Assembly: GCA_000990945.1 (NCBI GenBank)
Contig: LBQR01000029.1
Span: forward strand, 1 to 41,939
Source of the DNA: Candidatus Moranbacteria bacterium GW2011_GWF2_35_54
Lineage (GTDB): Bacteria > Patescibacteriota > Minisyncoccia > Moranbacterales > UBA9337
Direction of reading: 5' to 3'
DNA length: 41,939 nt
Shown in pieces: positions 1 through 9,074 of this stretch. The translations under genes were made by a program, and so were the position numbers. Within the stretch, counting starts at the first letter, position 1, and the number at the start of each line of letters is the position of its first letter. Under the pieces are notes generated by a model. It did no database searches. It was not told the origin of the DNA and saw only the letters and a program-made list of their open reading frames with translations.

Positions 1-14
1 TGATAGTATTTATT

Positions 15-68
15 AGATCTCTCCATGCATAAATTTCCGAGTACAGAAATTTACTTAGTCGAGATGAC
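15..68. repeat. Palindromic element family B, right arm (AGATCTCTCC...GTCGAGATGAC)
   Basis: Matches the arms at 15812-15888 and (reverse complement) 23483-23536; GAGTAC loop at 39-44. Confidence 0.85.
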
Positions 69-85
69 ATATGACCTATAATTGT

Positions 86-664
86 ATGAACAAAGAAAAA
101 TTAGAAAAATTAAATAAAGAAATGCTAGCTTGTACAAAGTGTGCGCTTAGTAATGGTTGCAAGCAAGTTGTGCCAGGGGCGGGGAGTGCCAACGCGCAGA
201 TTATGTTTATCGGCGAAGCGCCGGGGAAAAAAGAAGATGAACTAGGTGCGCCTTTCGTGGGAGCGGCGGGAAAGTTTTTGGATGAAATGCTGGCAATCAT
301 AAAATTAAAAAGAGAAGACGTCTATATTGCTAATACAGTCAAATGCCGTCCGATCGAAAATCGCGACCCCTCTCAAGAAGAAAAAGATATTTGTTGGCCA
401 TGGCTGGAAAAACAAATTGCCATTATCCAACCTAAAATTATTGTTACTCTGGGCAGGCATTCGATGAATTTATTTTTGCCTGAATTAAAAATATCCGAAG
501 CGCATGGAAAAGCGATTAAAAAAGATTTTCCCGAAATAGGTGAGCAAACTTTTTTTACCCTCTATCATCCCGCGGCCGCTCTCTATAATGGCGGACTGCG
601 CCAGACGCTAATAAAAGATTTCAAAAAAATTCCCAAGGTTTTAAGGGAAACAGATAAAGGATGA
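86..664 (+). CDS. Uracil-DNA glycosylase, family 4 (Fe-S)
   Basis: CTKC/C/KCRP cysteines, GEAPG and HPAA motifs; start taken at ATG 86 (alternative 71). Confidence 0.93.
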   Translation: MNKEKLEKLNKEMLACTKCALSNGCKQVVPGAGSANAQIMFIGEAPGKKEDELGAPFVGAAGKFLDEMLAIIKLKREDVYIANTVKCRPIENRDPSQEEKDICWPWLEKQIAIIQPKIIVTLGRHSMNLFLPELKISEAHGKAIKKDFPEIGEQTFFTLYHPAAALYNGGLRQTLIKDFKKIPKVLRETDKG

Positions 665-695
665 TTTATGATGTAAGATTTAAGATTTATGAATT
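661..695. repeat. Heptamer array (TAAGATT/TATGATT)
   Basis: Period-7 degenerate units directly after the UDG gene. Confidence 0.7.
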
Positions 696-716
696 GGGTT
701 TTAGTTTTGTTATTTT

Positions 717-761
717 GAGATTGCCACGTAAATATCGAGTACAATATTTACTCGCAATGAC
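717..761. repeat. Palindromic element family A, right arm (GAGATTGCCACG...CTCGCAATGAC)
   Basis: Inner hairpin TAAATATCG-AGTA-CAATATTTA; matches the arms at 4572-4615 and 21254-21297. Confidence 0.85.
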
Positions 762-821
762 AGGTGGTGGATGGCGAAATTCGTAAATTCGTATGAATTA
801 GTAATTCGTAAAGAATCATGT

Positions 822-850
822 TTGACAAATCTCTCAATATACTATATATT
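822..850 (+). promoter_or_regulatory. Sigma70-type promoter for secE-nusG-rplK
   Basis: TTGACA-N17-TATATT. Confidence 0.65.
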
Positions 851-921
851 TATAAACATAAAAGCCCTGAGAGGCTTTTTAAAAAAGGCTAAAAAATAGC
901 CCTAAAAATTAAAAAAAATCA

Positions 922-1107
922 ATGAAAAAAATTTTTGATTTTATCGTCGAGGCCAAGGCAGAATTGTTAAAAGTCAATTGGCCAACTAAAAAGCAGACAT
1001 TGAATTACACTCTCATAATTATTGGAGTAAGTGTGGTGATTTCTTTGTTTTTGGGAAGCTTGGATTATCTTTTCGGCGGAATTTTGAAGAATTTCATTGT
1101 AAAATAA
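922..1107 (+). CDS. secE: Preprotein translocase subunit SecE
   Basis: EL.KV.WPT motif, single TM, upstream of nusG. Confidence 0.95.
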   Translation: MKKIFDFIVEAKAELLKVNWPTKKQTLNYTLIIIGVSVVISLFLGSLDYLFGGILKNFIVK

Positions 1108-1116
1108 TTTTAAATC

Positions 1117-1192
1117 ATGTTAGCAATTAGCATATTAACACGTTAACAAAAAACATTATTTATATGATGTTAAAATGTTGAAATGTTTGAAA
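1117..1192. repeat. Inverted pair of octamer arrays (TTAGCA/TTAACA then ATGTTAAA)
   Basis: Period-8 units facing each other between secE and nusG; same layout at 1745-1856. Confidence 0.65.
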
Positions 1193-1193
1193 T

Positions 1194-1739
1194 ATGGCAA
1201 AACAAAGTCAACATCATGGTCGCGCTTGGTATGTACTGCACACTTATTCCGGTTATGAAGATAACGTGGCCTACAATTTAAAACAAAGAATTGAATCTAT
1301 GGATATGCAGGATTTGATTTTTGATGTGATTGTCCCCAAGGAAAAAAAGATTAAGATTAAAAGTGGTAAAAGAGTAACGATAGAGGAGAGAATTTATCCC
1401 GGATATGTTTTAGTAGATATGATTGTAACAGACGCTTCTTGGTATGTGGTTAGAAACACACCCAATGTTACAGGATTTATCGGACTAGGCACAACTCCAA
1501 CTCCTATTGATCCAGAGGAGGTTAAGGCTCTTAAAAAGAGAATTGGAGTATCTGAGCCAAAATATAAATTGGATATCAAAGAGGGGGAATCAGTTAAAAT
1601 TACCGATGGACCGTTTAAGGATCATGATGGAAAAGTAAAAGAAATTGATGAAGAAAGAGGAAAAGTAAAAGTTTCAGTTTCAATCTTTGGTCGAGAGACT
1701 CCAGTTGAATTGGACTTTTTACAGATTAAAAAAATATAA
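1194..1739 (+). CDS. nusG: Transcription termination/antitermination factor NusG
   Basis: WYVLHTYSGYE, YPGYVLV, VRNTPNVTGF, KOW domain, IFGRETPVEL. Confidence 0.98.
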   Translation: MAKQSQHHGRAWYVLHTYSGYEDNVAYNLKQRIESMDMQDLIFDVIVPKEKKIKIKSGKRVTIEERIYPGYVLVDMIVTDASWYVVRNTPNVTGFIGLGTTPTPIDPEEVKALKKRIGVSEPKYKLDIKEGESVKITDGPFKDHDGKVKEIDEERGKVKVSVSIFGRETPVELDFLQIKKI

Positions 1740-1744
1740 ATTCA

Positions 1745-1856
1745 TATTAGCAAGTAACATATTAGCATATTAACATAGGCAGAGTCTGAGATTTTATTAA
1801 AATATAGTATTTCTTGGGGTGATGCTTAAATGTTAAAATGTTAAAATGTTAAAATG
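1745..1856. repeat. Inverted pair of octamer arrays
   Basis: ATATTAGC/ATATTAAC units then AATGTTAA x3-4. Confidence 0.7.
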
Positions 1857-1864
1857 ATACAATT

Positions 1865-2284
1865 ATGGCAAAGGCAAAAACAGTTATAAAACTTCAAATA
1901 CCAGCTGGAAAAGCAAATCCAGCTCCACCAGTTGGACCAGCTTTGGGACAACATGGAGTTAACATTCAAGATTTCTGTGCTCAATTTAATAATAAGAGCC
2001 AAGAGAGAATGGGAGATATCGTGCCAGTTGAAATTACAGTTAATGAGGATAGAAGTTTTTCATTTATTATGAAAACTTCACCTGCTTCAGATTTACTAAA
2101 GAAAGCCGCTGGAGTAGAAAAGGGCGCTGGTAATCCTTTGAAAGATAAGGTAGGAAAAGTTACCAAAGCTCAAGTGAAAGAAATTGCTGAGAAAAAAATG
2201 GAAGATCTTAATGCTGATGATGTGGAGGCTGCGATGAAAATTATCGAAGGCACAGCTAGATCAATGGGGATTAAGGTTGAATAA
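1865..2284 (+). CDS. rplK: 50S ribosomal protein L11
   Basis: [25 protein letters not shown]. Confidence 0.99.
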   Translation: MAKAKTVIKLQIPAGKANPAPPVGPALGQHGVNIQDFCAQFNNKSQERMGDIVPVEITVNEDRSFSFIMKTSPASDLLKKAAGVEKGAGNPLKDKVGKVTKAQVKEIAEKKMEDLNADDVEAAMKIIEGTARSMGIKVE

Positions 2285-2335
2285 TTGAGAAACTGGGAAT
2301 TTAAGAATTTAGGAATGTAGGAATTTGGGAAGTTA
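2284..2335. repeat. Octamer array (GAATTTAG-like)
   Basis: Same unit at 38303-38378 and 39399-39433. Confidence 0.7.
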
Positions 2336-2395
2336 AGATTAAAAATCTGTAGTTTTACGAAATTGGATTTCTGCCAAAAACAAAGAGGTGGCGCC

Positions 2396-2626
2396 ATGAC
2401 AAGAGAAAATATTTTTGAGATATACTTGAAAGTTCTTTCTTTGTTGGCTGTGATTGCGTTATTATCATCGGCTTATTTTATTTTAAAAAATAATAATTTA
2501 GGTTGGCAAATATTTGTTTTAGCAGGAGTTATCACTGTTGTTATCTGCGAGTTAGGACAAGAATATTATGGGAGATTTGGCTATCGCCCATGGAAAGATA
2601 AACCATCGATAACCAGGAGGTTATGA
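2396..2626 (+). CDS. Small hypothetical 2-TM membrane protein
   Basis: GAGGTG SD before ATG 2396; two hydrophobic segments. Confidence 0.65.
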   Translation: MTRENIFEIYLKVLSLLAVIALLSSAYFILKNNNLGWQIFVLAGVITVVICELGQEYYGRFGYRPWKDKPSITRRL

Positions 2627-2629
2627 ATT

Positions 2630-2947
2630 ATGAATAAGATTTTCCGAAGAGTAAGTGTCTGGTTGTATGAAAAAATGGATAAATCTTTCTGTATAGAAAT
2701 TTCTCCAGAAGCGGAAATAATGGAACTTAAATTTGTAAGTCTTCTTATTTTAGGCATTTTGATTATGCTAGGATGCTGGGGATTTCAAGAGGGAAGGTTT
2801 GATTTTTGGGCAAAAATATTTTGCGCAATGGGCGTGGTAGTAGTGGTATTCATTTTCATTTGGAAAAATGTTTATGGGGGAGTTAGTCTTTTTCAGAAAG
2901 AAAAAAATACTCACGAAAGTGAGGAATCGGCATTTGATGAAAATTGA
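2630..2947 (+). CDS. Hypothetical 2-TM membrane protein
   Basis: AGGAGG SD upstream; two hydrophobic segments. Confidence 0.65.
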   Translation: MNKIFRRVSVWLYEKMDKSFCIEISPEAEIMELKFVSLLILGILIMLGCWGFQEGRFDFWAKIFCAMGVVVVVFIFIWKNVYGGVSLFQKEKNTHESEESAFDEN

Positions 2948-3052
2948 ATTGTCCAAGCGTAAAATGTCGGCAGAAGTTGATGAGTGGTTGGAGAATTTTT
3001 TCAATCACTCAAAAATAATAATTTGATTTATTTAAATAATAATAAGTAATTT

Positions 3053-3093
3053 GTGGGAGGAGATTGTACTAAGCACAACTTCATTATTACCAC
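3053..3093 (+). promoter_or_regulatory. Putative L1-binding autoregulatory leader
   Basis: GTGGGAG-hairpin-ACCAC immediately before the rplA ATG, the layout seen in L1 operator mimics. Confidence 0.65.
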
Positions 3094-3101
3094 GAAAAAA
3101 T

Positions 3102-3773
3102 ATGAGAAGAGGAAAAAAGTACAAAGGAGTAATGGAAAAAATAGAGAAGAATAAACTTTATTCTCTAGAAGAAGCGATTAAAATCGTTAAAGAAAATAAA
3201 ATCGCTAATTTTGATGAATCCGTAGAAGTTCATGTAAAAACTAATATTGATCCAAAAAAAGGTGATCAACAGCTTCGCGGTTCAGTTGTTTTCCCACATG
3301 GAACAGGCAAGACCAAGAGGATTGCAGTTATTACTACTACCAAAGCCAAAGAGGCCAAAGAGGCCAAAGCTGATGTGGTAGCGGGAATAGAATTAATTGA
3401 AGACATTAAAAAAGGAAAAATTGATTTTGATATTTTAGTCGCTACTCCAGAAATGATGCCCAAATTAGCTTCAATAGCTAAAATTCTTGGACCAAAGGGA
3501 CTTATGCCTAATCCAAAAACTGATACCGTAACTGACAAAATCAAAGAAGCGGTAGAAATGCTCAAAAAAGGAAAGATGAGCTTTAAAAATGACAATACTG
3601 GAAATGTCCACCAAGTTATCGGCAAAGCATCTTTTAGCGAAGCTCAATTGAAAGAAAATTTTGATTCTCTGATTGAGGCGCTTGAAAAAGCTAAACAAGA
3701 AGCAGTTAAAGGAAAATTGATTGCCAAAGCTGTGCTTTGTTCTACGATGGGACCAGGATTACAAGTAAAATAA
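3102..3773 (+). CDS. rplA: 50S ribosomal protein L1
   Basis: NFDESVEV, RGSVVFPHGTG, LGPKGLMPNPK, STMGPG; start at ATG 3102. Confidence 0.98.
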   Translation: MRRGKKYKGVMEKIEKNKLYSLEEAIKIVKENKIANFDESVEVHVKTNIDPKKGDQQLRGSVVFPHGTGKTKRIAVITTTKAKEAKEAKADVVAGIELIEDIKKGKIDFDILVATPEMMPKLASIAKILGPKGLMPNPKTDTVTDKIKEAVEMLKKGKMSFKNDNTGNVHQVIGKASFSEAQLKENFDSLIEALEKAKQEAVKGKLIAKAVLCSTMGPGLQVK

Positions 3774-3791
3774 TTTTCAAAAACTTTCAAT

Positions 3792-3826
3792 AAAAAAACC
3801 GTCTTGAAATAAAGGGCGGTTTTTTG
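3792..3826 (+). terminator. Intrinsic terminator
   Basis: AAAAAAACCGTC-TT..AA-GGGCGGTTTTTT after rplA. Confidence 0.8.
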
Positions 3827-3848
3827 ATTCGAATTTTTTCTTTGTTTT

Positions 3849-3963
3849 GTCTCTGCGAGTAATTTGAGTACTCTCAAATTGCGTGGCAGTCCAGAAAAAC
3901 AGAATTCTTGATTAAGCATATTTTCCTGGATTGCCACGTCAGGAATACCTTCCTCGCAAAGAC
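3849..3963. repeat. Palindromic element family A (complete)
   Basis: GTCTCTGCGAG...GTGGCAGTCCAG / CTGGATTGCCAC...CTCGCAAAGAC; inverted sister of 21182-21297. Confidence 0.9.
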
Positions 3964-4133
3964 ATGCATACTTTTTCATAGGGGTCAGTGAGGAGTTATG
4001 CAGTGCTCTGTTCCTGCACTTGATTTTTTCTTGCTTTTCGATTACTGTATATGGAAGGCAAAGAGTTATTTTTTTGGATATATTAACAGGCAGAAGTATA
4101 ATTGTCGTTTTAATTTAAGAGGAGGTTATTATT

Positions 4134-4361
4134 ATGGCTGATAATGGAAAATCTTTAAGATTTGAAATTACAATCAAGAGAAACGATGAGGGTGTGCCTG
4201 AAGTTGTTATGTCGGCAGAGGTGATTAGGAGCGATGGATCTCCTGATAAAATAGGTACGGATATTTTCTCGCTTACTGAAAATTTAGAACATGCCCTAAA
4301 GATTCTTAAGGGGAGAGTGGGTCAAAATGCTTGCGAAATGTTTTTGGATGTTATGACCTGA
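4134..4361 (+). CDS. Hypothetical protein (75 aa)
   Basis: AGGAGG SD, followed by a hairpin terminator at about 4386-4428; flanked by two family A elements. Confidence 0.7.
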   Translation: MADNGKSLRFEITIKRNDEGVPEVVMSAEVIRSDGSPDKIGTDIFSLTENLEHALKILKGRVGQNACEMFLDVMT

Positions 4362-4515
4362 TGTAGCACGACAAATCTTTTTCAGAAAAAAATCTCTTAA
4401 GAATATCATTTTCCTAAGAGATTTTTTATTTGTTTGAATTTGCATGTTAGATTTTAATTTGAAACAAAAAAGATAAAGTAACTGGCCAGTTTTCTCCAAA
4501 GACAGAATAGAGTTT

Positions 4516-4615
4516 GTCTTTGCGAGTCGGTACTCCGACGTGGCAATCCAGAATTACACACTTTAAAACCTAGATTGCCACGCAATTTCTGAGTACAGAA
4601 ATTACTCGCAAAGAC
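4516..4615. repeat. Palindromic element family A (complete)
   Basis: GTCTTTGCGAG...GTGGCAATC / GATTGCCACG...CTCGCAAAGAC; GTACTC 4530, GAGTAC 4591. Confidence 0.9.
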
Positions 4616-4712
4616 GATAAAGATGGGTTGGTTTTAGAGAGAGTGAATAATTATAATATAAAATACAATATAAAATATAGAATATTTTATATTTTTGTGT
4701 TATTATTTAAAC

Positions 4713-5144
4713 ATGGAAAATAAAATAGTAATCTACACTGACGGTGGTTCGCGAGGAAATCCTGGACCAGCGGGGATTGGTGTTTGGATAAAGACATTAG
4801 ATAAAAAATACGGAGAATGTATCGGAATAAAAACCAATAATGATGCTGAATACGAAGCATTGATTTTTGGTCTGAAAAAAGTCAAAGCTCTGCTGGGAAA
4901 AACTAAAGCCAAACAATTTGAAATTGAATGCTATGCTGATAGCGAATTAATGGTTAAGCAACTTAATCATGAGTACAAATTAAAAGAAGAAAGAATCCAA
5001 AAATATTTTATTGAAATTTGGAATTTAATGCTGGATTTTAAAGAAGTTAAATTTAATCATGTGATGCGTGAAAAGAATAAGGTGGCGGATGAGATGGTGA
5101 ATGCGGCGTTGGATGGGAAGTGTAAACAGACGAGTCTTTTGTAA
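4713..5144 (+). CDS. rnhA: Ribonuclease HI family protein
   Basis: YTDGGSRGNPGPAG, TNNDAEYEAL, DSELMVKQ, REKN..AD. Confidence 0.92.
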   Translation: MENKIVIYTDGGSRGNPGPAGIGVWIKTLDKKYGECIGIKTNNDAEYEALIFGLKKVKALLGKTKAKQFEIECYADSELMVKQLNHEYKLKEERIQKYFIEIWNLMLDFKEVKFNHVMREKNKVADEMVNAALDGKCKQTSLL

Positions 5145-5146
5145 AA

Positions 5147-5181
5147 ATGAATTATGAATTAAGAATTATGAATTAAGATTT
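5147..5181 (+). repeat. Heptamer array, left arm (A[T/A]GAATT x5)
   Basis: ATGAATT ATGAATT AAGAATT ATGAATT AAGATTT. Confidence 0.9.
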
Positions 5182-5188
5182 GTAAATT

Positions 5189-5578
5189 ATGGAAAACAAA
5201 AAAGAAAAAATAAAATCGTTTACTGATTTAAACGCTTGGAGAGAAGGGCATAAGTTGGTTTTGGAAATTTATAATGTAACAAAACTATTTCCTGAGGATG
5301 AGAGATTCGGTTTAATTTCTCAAATGAGAAGATGCGTAGTTTCTATAACATCAAATATCGCAGAGGGATTTAGTCGCAAAGGCATAAAGGAAAAAATTCA
5401 GTTTTATCACATATCCCTTGGTTCCATAACAGAATTGCAGAATCAATTAGTAATCTGTAGAGATTTAAAAATTTTAGATAATGATAAATTTAAAAAAATA
5501 GCTCAGCAAACTACGCTGGTACAAAAAATTACCAACGGATTGATTAAATCAACAAAATACATGAATTCTGAATCTTAA
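5189..5578 (+). CDS. Four-helix-bundle protein (23S rRNA IVP / Avd-like family)
   Basis: SF.DL.AW, FP..ERFGL.SQ.RR..VSI.SNIAEG, GS..EL..QL. Confidence 0.93.
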   Translation: MENKKEKIKSFTDLNAWREGHKLVLEIYNVTKLFPEDERFGLISQMRRCVVSITSNIAEGFSRKGIKEKIQFYHISLGSITELQNQLVICRDLKILDNDKFKKIAQQTTLVQKITNGLIKSTKYMNSES

Positions 5579-5604
5579 TTCTTAATTCATACTTCTTAAT
5601 TCAC
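5564..5604 (-). repeat. Heptamer array, right arm (reverse complement of 5147-5181)
   Basis: AATTCTT AATTCAT ACTTCTT AATTCAC, beginning inside the last codons of the gene. Confidence 0.88.
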
Positions 5605-5615
5605 ATAAAATAAAT

Positions 5616-6629
5616 ATGAAAAAAAGAAAAAAAATAATCATCTGGATAATTGTACTAGCGATTTTGGGTGCGGGTGCTTTTTACTATTTCAAACCCAAAG
5701 AAACTGGGCCGGAGTACACCACGGAAAAAGTAGCTAAGGCAGATATTGAGCAAACTGTTTCCGTAACTGGAGAAGTGAGTGATACTAGTAAGATAGATAT
5801 TACTCCTGAAATAAGCGGGACGGTTGATGAGTTATTAGTGGAAGTTGGCGATAAAGTAACAGCTGGACAAAAAATTGCCAAAATTAATGATTCCGTAGTA
5901 CGTTCTCAATTAACGGAAGCTTTGATTGCACTCCAAATTCAGCAAGAGCAATTGGATTTAAAGAGGCGAAAATGGGATGCATTAAAGCCAGAGGAAAAGG
6001 AGGCAGCTAAACTAACAGTAGAGAGTGCACGAGCTACTACTTGGACATTACAAAAACAATTAAAGAAAAATATTGTTTATGCGCCTGTGGATGGAATTAT
6101 TACCAAGAAATATTTAGAAGAAGGAGAGATGGCTTCTATGGCAACACCGATTGTGAGTGTGTCAGGAGAAAAAGGTTTTGAAATCAAAGCCAATATCCCA
6201 GAGTCAGATATTAATAAAATTAAAATAGGACAAAAAGGACAATCGACTTTTGATGCTTTTCTTTCAGATGAAATATTTGAATTTGAAGTTACCAAGATAG
6301 AACCAGCTGCAACTATTATTCAGGATGTGGTTTATTATGAAGTGACCTTTAAAATTTTAACTCAAGATAATCGCATCAAGTCAGGGATGAGTACCGATAT
6401 TGATATTTTAACTGCCGAGAAGAAAGATGTTCTGGCAGTTTCCAATCAAGCGATTAAAAATGATGAGGGCAATCGATATGTGGAAGTTTTGGAAGTGAAA
6501 GATGAAGTTAAAACTACTAAAAAGGTAAATGTAAAAGCAGGCTTGCGGGGAGATGACGGAATGACAGAAATTATCTCTGGTTTAAATGGCGGAGAAGATG
6601 TAATAACTTTTACGAAAGAAGCGAAATAA
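5616..6629 (+). CDS. Efflux membrane-fusion/adaptor protein (MacA-like)
   Basis: N-terminal anchor, lipoyl-like ISGTV..L.V.VGD.V..GQ, APVDG.I, GMS. Confidence 0.9.
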   Translation: MKKRKKIIIWIIVLAILGAGAFYYFKPKETGPEYTTEKVAKADIEQTVSVTGEVSDTSKIDITPEISGTVDELLVEVGDKVTAGQKIAKINDSVVRSQLTEALIALQIQQEQLDLKRRKWDALKPEEKEAAKLTVESARATTWTLQKQLKKNIVYAPVDGIITKKYLEEGEMASMATPIVSVSGEKGFEIKANIPESDINKIKIGQKGQSTFDAFLSDEIFEFEVTKIEPAATIIQDVVYYEVTFKILTQDNRIKSGMSTDIDILTAEKKDVLAVSNQAIKNDEGNRYVEVLEVKDEVKTTKKVNVKAGLRGDDGMTEIISGLNGGEDVITFTKEAK

Positions 6630-6632
6630 AAT

Positions 6633-7361
6633 ATGTCAATTCCAATTATCGAAGTAAAAAATCTAACCAAGACTTACATTAATGGTGAAGTGGAGACTTT
6701 GGCGTTGCGTGAAAATTCTTTTAATGTAGAAAAAGGGGAGTTTGTCTCTATTATGGGTCCTAGCGGAAGCGGTAAATCAACCTTGATGCAGATGTTGGGA
6801 CTTCTGGACAAGCCCAGCGGGGGAGAATATTTATTAGAAGGAAAAAATACTAGAGATTTCTCAGATGATATGCTGGCTGAAACTAGAAATAGCAAAATTG
6901 GTTTTGTTTTTCAAACTTTTAATCTTTTGCCTCGCACAAGCGTGTATGAAAATGTAGAGCTGCCTCTTTTATACAATAGAAACATCAGCAGTAAAATTAA
7001 CGAAAAAAGAATTACCGAAGCTTTGAAATCAGTTGGCATGGAACATCGCACAGATTATTTGTCCAATCAGCTCTCTGGAGGAGAAAAACAAAGAGTAGCG
7101 ATAGCACGGGCGCTAGTAACTGATCCGGAAATAATTTTTGCCGATGAACCTACGGGAAATCTGGATTCTAAAAGTGGGACGCAGATAATGCAAATTTTAC
7201 AGAAATTAAATAATGAAGGAAAAACAATTATTCTGGTGACCCATGAAACTTTTACTGCTCAGCATGCCAAAAGGATTTTAAATGTAAAAGACGGCAAGAT
7301 AATTTCCGATGAAATAGTTAAAGAAAGAAAAATAGCAGTGGATGGAGAACTTTTGAAGTAA
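6633..7361 (+). CDS. ABC transporter ATP-binding protein (MacB/LolD-like)
   Basis: [25 protein letters not shown]. Confidence 0.96.
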   Translation: MSIPIIEVKNLTKTYINGEVETLALRENSFNVEKGEFVSIMGPSGSGKSTLMQMLGLLDKPSGGEYLLEGKNTRDFSDDMLAETRNSKIGFVFQTFNLLPRTSVYENVELPLLYNRNISSKINEKRITEALKSVGMEHRTDYLSNQLSGGEKQRVAIARALVTDPEIIFADEPTGNLDSKSGTQIMQILQKLNNEGKTIILVTHETFTAQHAKRILNVKDGKIISDEIVKERKIAVDGELLK

Positions 7362-7419
7362 TTTAGAATTTCCAATTTTGAATTTCGAATGAATTTTAAG
7401 AGCATTATTCAATTTTTCT

Positions 7420-7593
7420 GTCATTCCAGAAGATAAATTTTCTAAGCGATTCGCCAGCTGGCGGAGAGCTTTTAGAAAATTATCTATCTGGAATCTCAAA
7501 CATGTATTAATTTGTTGTATATGAATGAGATCCCACATAAGTAAATTTCTAAAGCTCCTTACGTCGCTAAGAAATTTTACTTTCTGGGATGAC
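7420..7593. repeat. Long palindromic element (family B-like, extended arms) inside an inverted AATTT array (7360-7662)
   Basis: GTCATTCCAG...GGAATCTC / GAGATCCC...CTGGGATGAC; inverted sister of 13712-13879. Confidence 0.9.
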
Positions 7594-7670
7594 AATGCAG
7601 GGGTTTTAAAAAATTAAAGCATTGGAATTTGATTCAAAATTTAAAATTATAAATTTAAAATTGCGCAAGC

Positions 7671-8918
7671 ATGAATATATTAATTCCCATAAAAATATCT
7701 TTCAAAAATCTAATGGCGGCTAAATTCCGTTCTTTTTTAACTATCTTGGGAATTATTATCGGAGTGGCTTCGGTAATTATTATTTTTGCTGTGGGACAAA
7801 GCGCTCAAGAATTAATCCTGGATCAAATCAGAGGAGTGGGTTCAAATTTAGTGGGAGTTTTACCGGGAGCTTCGGATGAAAAAGGTCCGCCAGCTTCAGC
7901 TATGGGAATAGTTATCACTACTTTAAAATATGATGATTTTCTGGAGCTTAAAAAACCCAAAAATGTAACCGGAGTAGTGGCGGGGGCAGGCTATGTGATG
8001 GGGACGGCTACGATAGAAAATGATGGAACTGAGTTAGGCATGTCTTTTACCGGAACTACATCGCAGTACCCCGAGGTAGAAAGTACGGGTATGAAAAGCG
8101 GAAGATTTTTCATTGAAGAAGAAGAAACTAATTTATCCAGAGTGGCCGTTTTGGGAGTAACGGCAGCCAAAGATATTTTTGGAGATACTGATCCGATTGG
8201 AAGGAAGATAAAAATCAATGAGTATAAATTTACTGTAATTGGAGTTTTAAAAGAAAGAGCTTCGGCCGCTTTTGGAATCGCGAGTCAAGATGAAGCTGTT
8301 TTTGTTCCACTTTTTACCGCTCAGAAATTACTTTTGGGGATTAACCATCTGGCTTTCGCAAGATTAAAAATAGATACTATAGAAAATATTCCTATAGCCA
8401 AGGAAGATATGGCCACTGTTCTTAGAAATGAGCATGACATAGATGATCCGGATGATGATGACTTTTCAATTAGGGACCAAGCTTCAGCGGTGGAGATTGT
8501 GAGCACAATTACCAATGCGATGCGTTATTTTCTTTTGGCAGTAGGAACAATCTCTCTGATTGTGGGAGGGGTGGGCGTGATGAATGTGATGCTAATTGCA
8601 GTAAATCAAAGAATAAAAGAAGTGGGTCTGCGAAAAGCGGTGGGAGCTAAGAATATCGATGTGATGATTCAATTTCTACTCGAATCAGCGACAATTTCCT
8701 TTCTTGGGGGATTGATCGGTATAATTTTTGGAATAGCTGTTTCTTTTGGGGCATCTTTGGCGGTAAATGCAATGGGTTATGATTGGAAATTTATTATTTC
8801 GCCAAGCTCAATTGCAATTGCTGTGTCGGTTTCTATATTGATTGGAATAATTTTTGGACTCTATCCCGCCCGCAAAGCCTCGAAGATAAGTCCGATGGAA
8901 GCGCTTAGGTATGAATAA
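7671..8918 (+). CDS. ABC transporter permease (MacB/FtsX-like)
   Basis: RSFLTILGIIIG, GGVGVMNVM, EVGLRKAVGA, YPARKA...EALRYE. Confidence 0.95.
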   Translation: MNILIPIKISFKNLMAAKFRSFLTILGIIIGVASVIIIFAVGQSAQELILDQIRGVGSNLVGVLPGASDEKGPPASAMGIVITTLKYDDFLELKKPKNVTGVVAGAGYVMGTATIENDGTELGMSFTGTTSQYPEVESTGMKSGRFFIEEEETNLSRVAVLGVTAAKDIFGDTDPIGRKIKINEYKFTVIGVLKERASAAFGIASQDEAVFVPLFTAQKLLLGINHLAFARLKIDTIENIPIAKEDMATVLRNEHDIDDPDDDDFSIRDQASAVEIVSTITNAMRYFLLAVGTISLIVGGVGVMNVMLIAVNQRIKEVGLRKAVGAKNIDVMIQFLLESATISFLGGLIGIIFGIAVSFGASLAVNAMGYDWKFIISPSSIAIAVSVSILIGIIFGLYPARKASKISPMEALRYE

Positions 8919-8924
8919 TTATGT

Positions 8925-8962
8925 AGTTTATAAAGTTTGTAAGGTTATAAAGTTTATAAAGT
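8925..8962. repeat. Nonamer array (GTTTATAAA-like)
   Basis: Period 9; same unit at 15646-15680. Confidence 0.7.
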
Positions 8963-8968
8963 GGGGAA

Positions 8969-9064
8969 ATGAATTAAGAATTATGAATTAAGAATTAAGA
9001 GTGAAAATTATACTTAAAAATATGAGTTTTTATCATAATTCATGATACTTACTTCTTAATTCGA
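8969..9064. repeat. Empty inverted heptamer-array element
   Basis: Same left (ATGAATT/AAGAATT) and right (AATTCAT..ACTTCTTAATTC) arms as around 5189-5578, with only about 30 bp between them. Confidence 0.85.
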
Positions 9065-9074
9065 GTTATATTTT

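Noticed and set aside
862-903. tRNA or riboswitch upstream of secE
   Set aside because: Only two tiny hairpins; no cloverleaf or TTCGA arm
4971-4976. GAGTAC occurrences in coding DNA (e.g. 4971, 5712, 30362)
   Set aside because: No flanking stem; background occurrences, not counted in the loop motif
5189-5578. Diversity-generating retroelement or 23S rRNA intervening sequence
   Set aside because: Avd-like fold only; no reverse transcriptase, no TR/VR pair noticed, and no rRNA around it
7278-7595. ORFs 7278-7595(-), 13671-13889(+), 3644-3979(-), 23493-23790 and the 37550 N-terminal extension
   Set aside because: They are read-throughs of palindromic repeat elements; the similarity between the first two reflects the shared element
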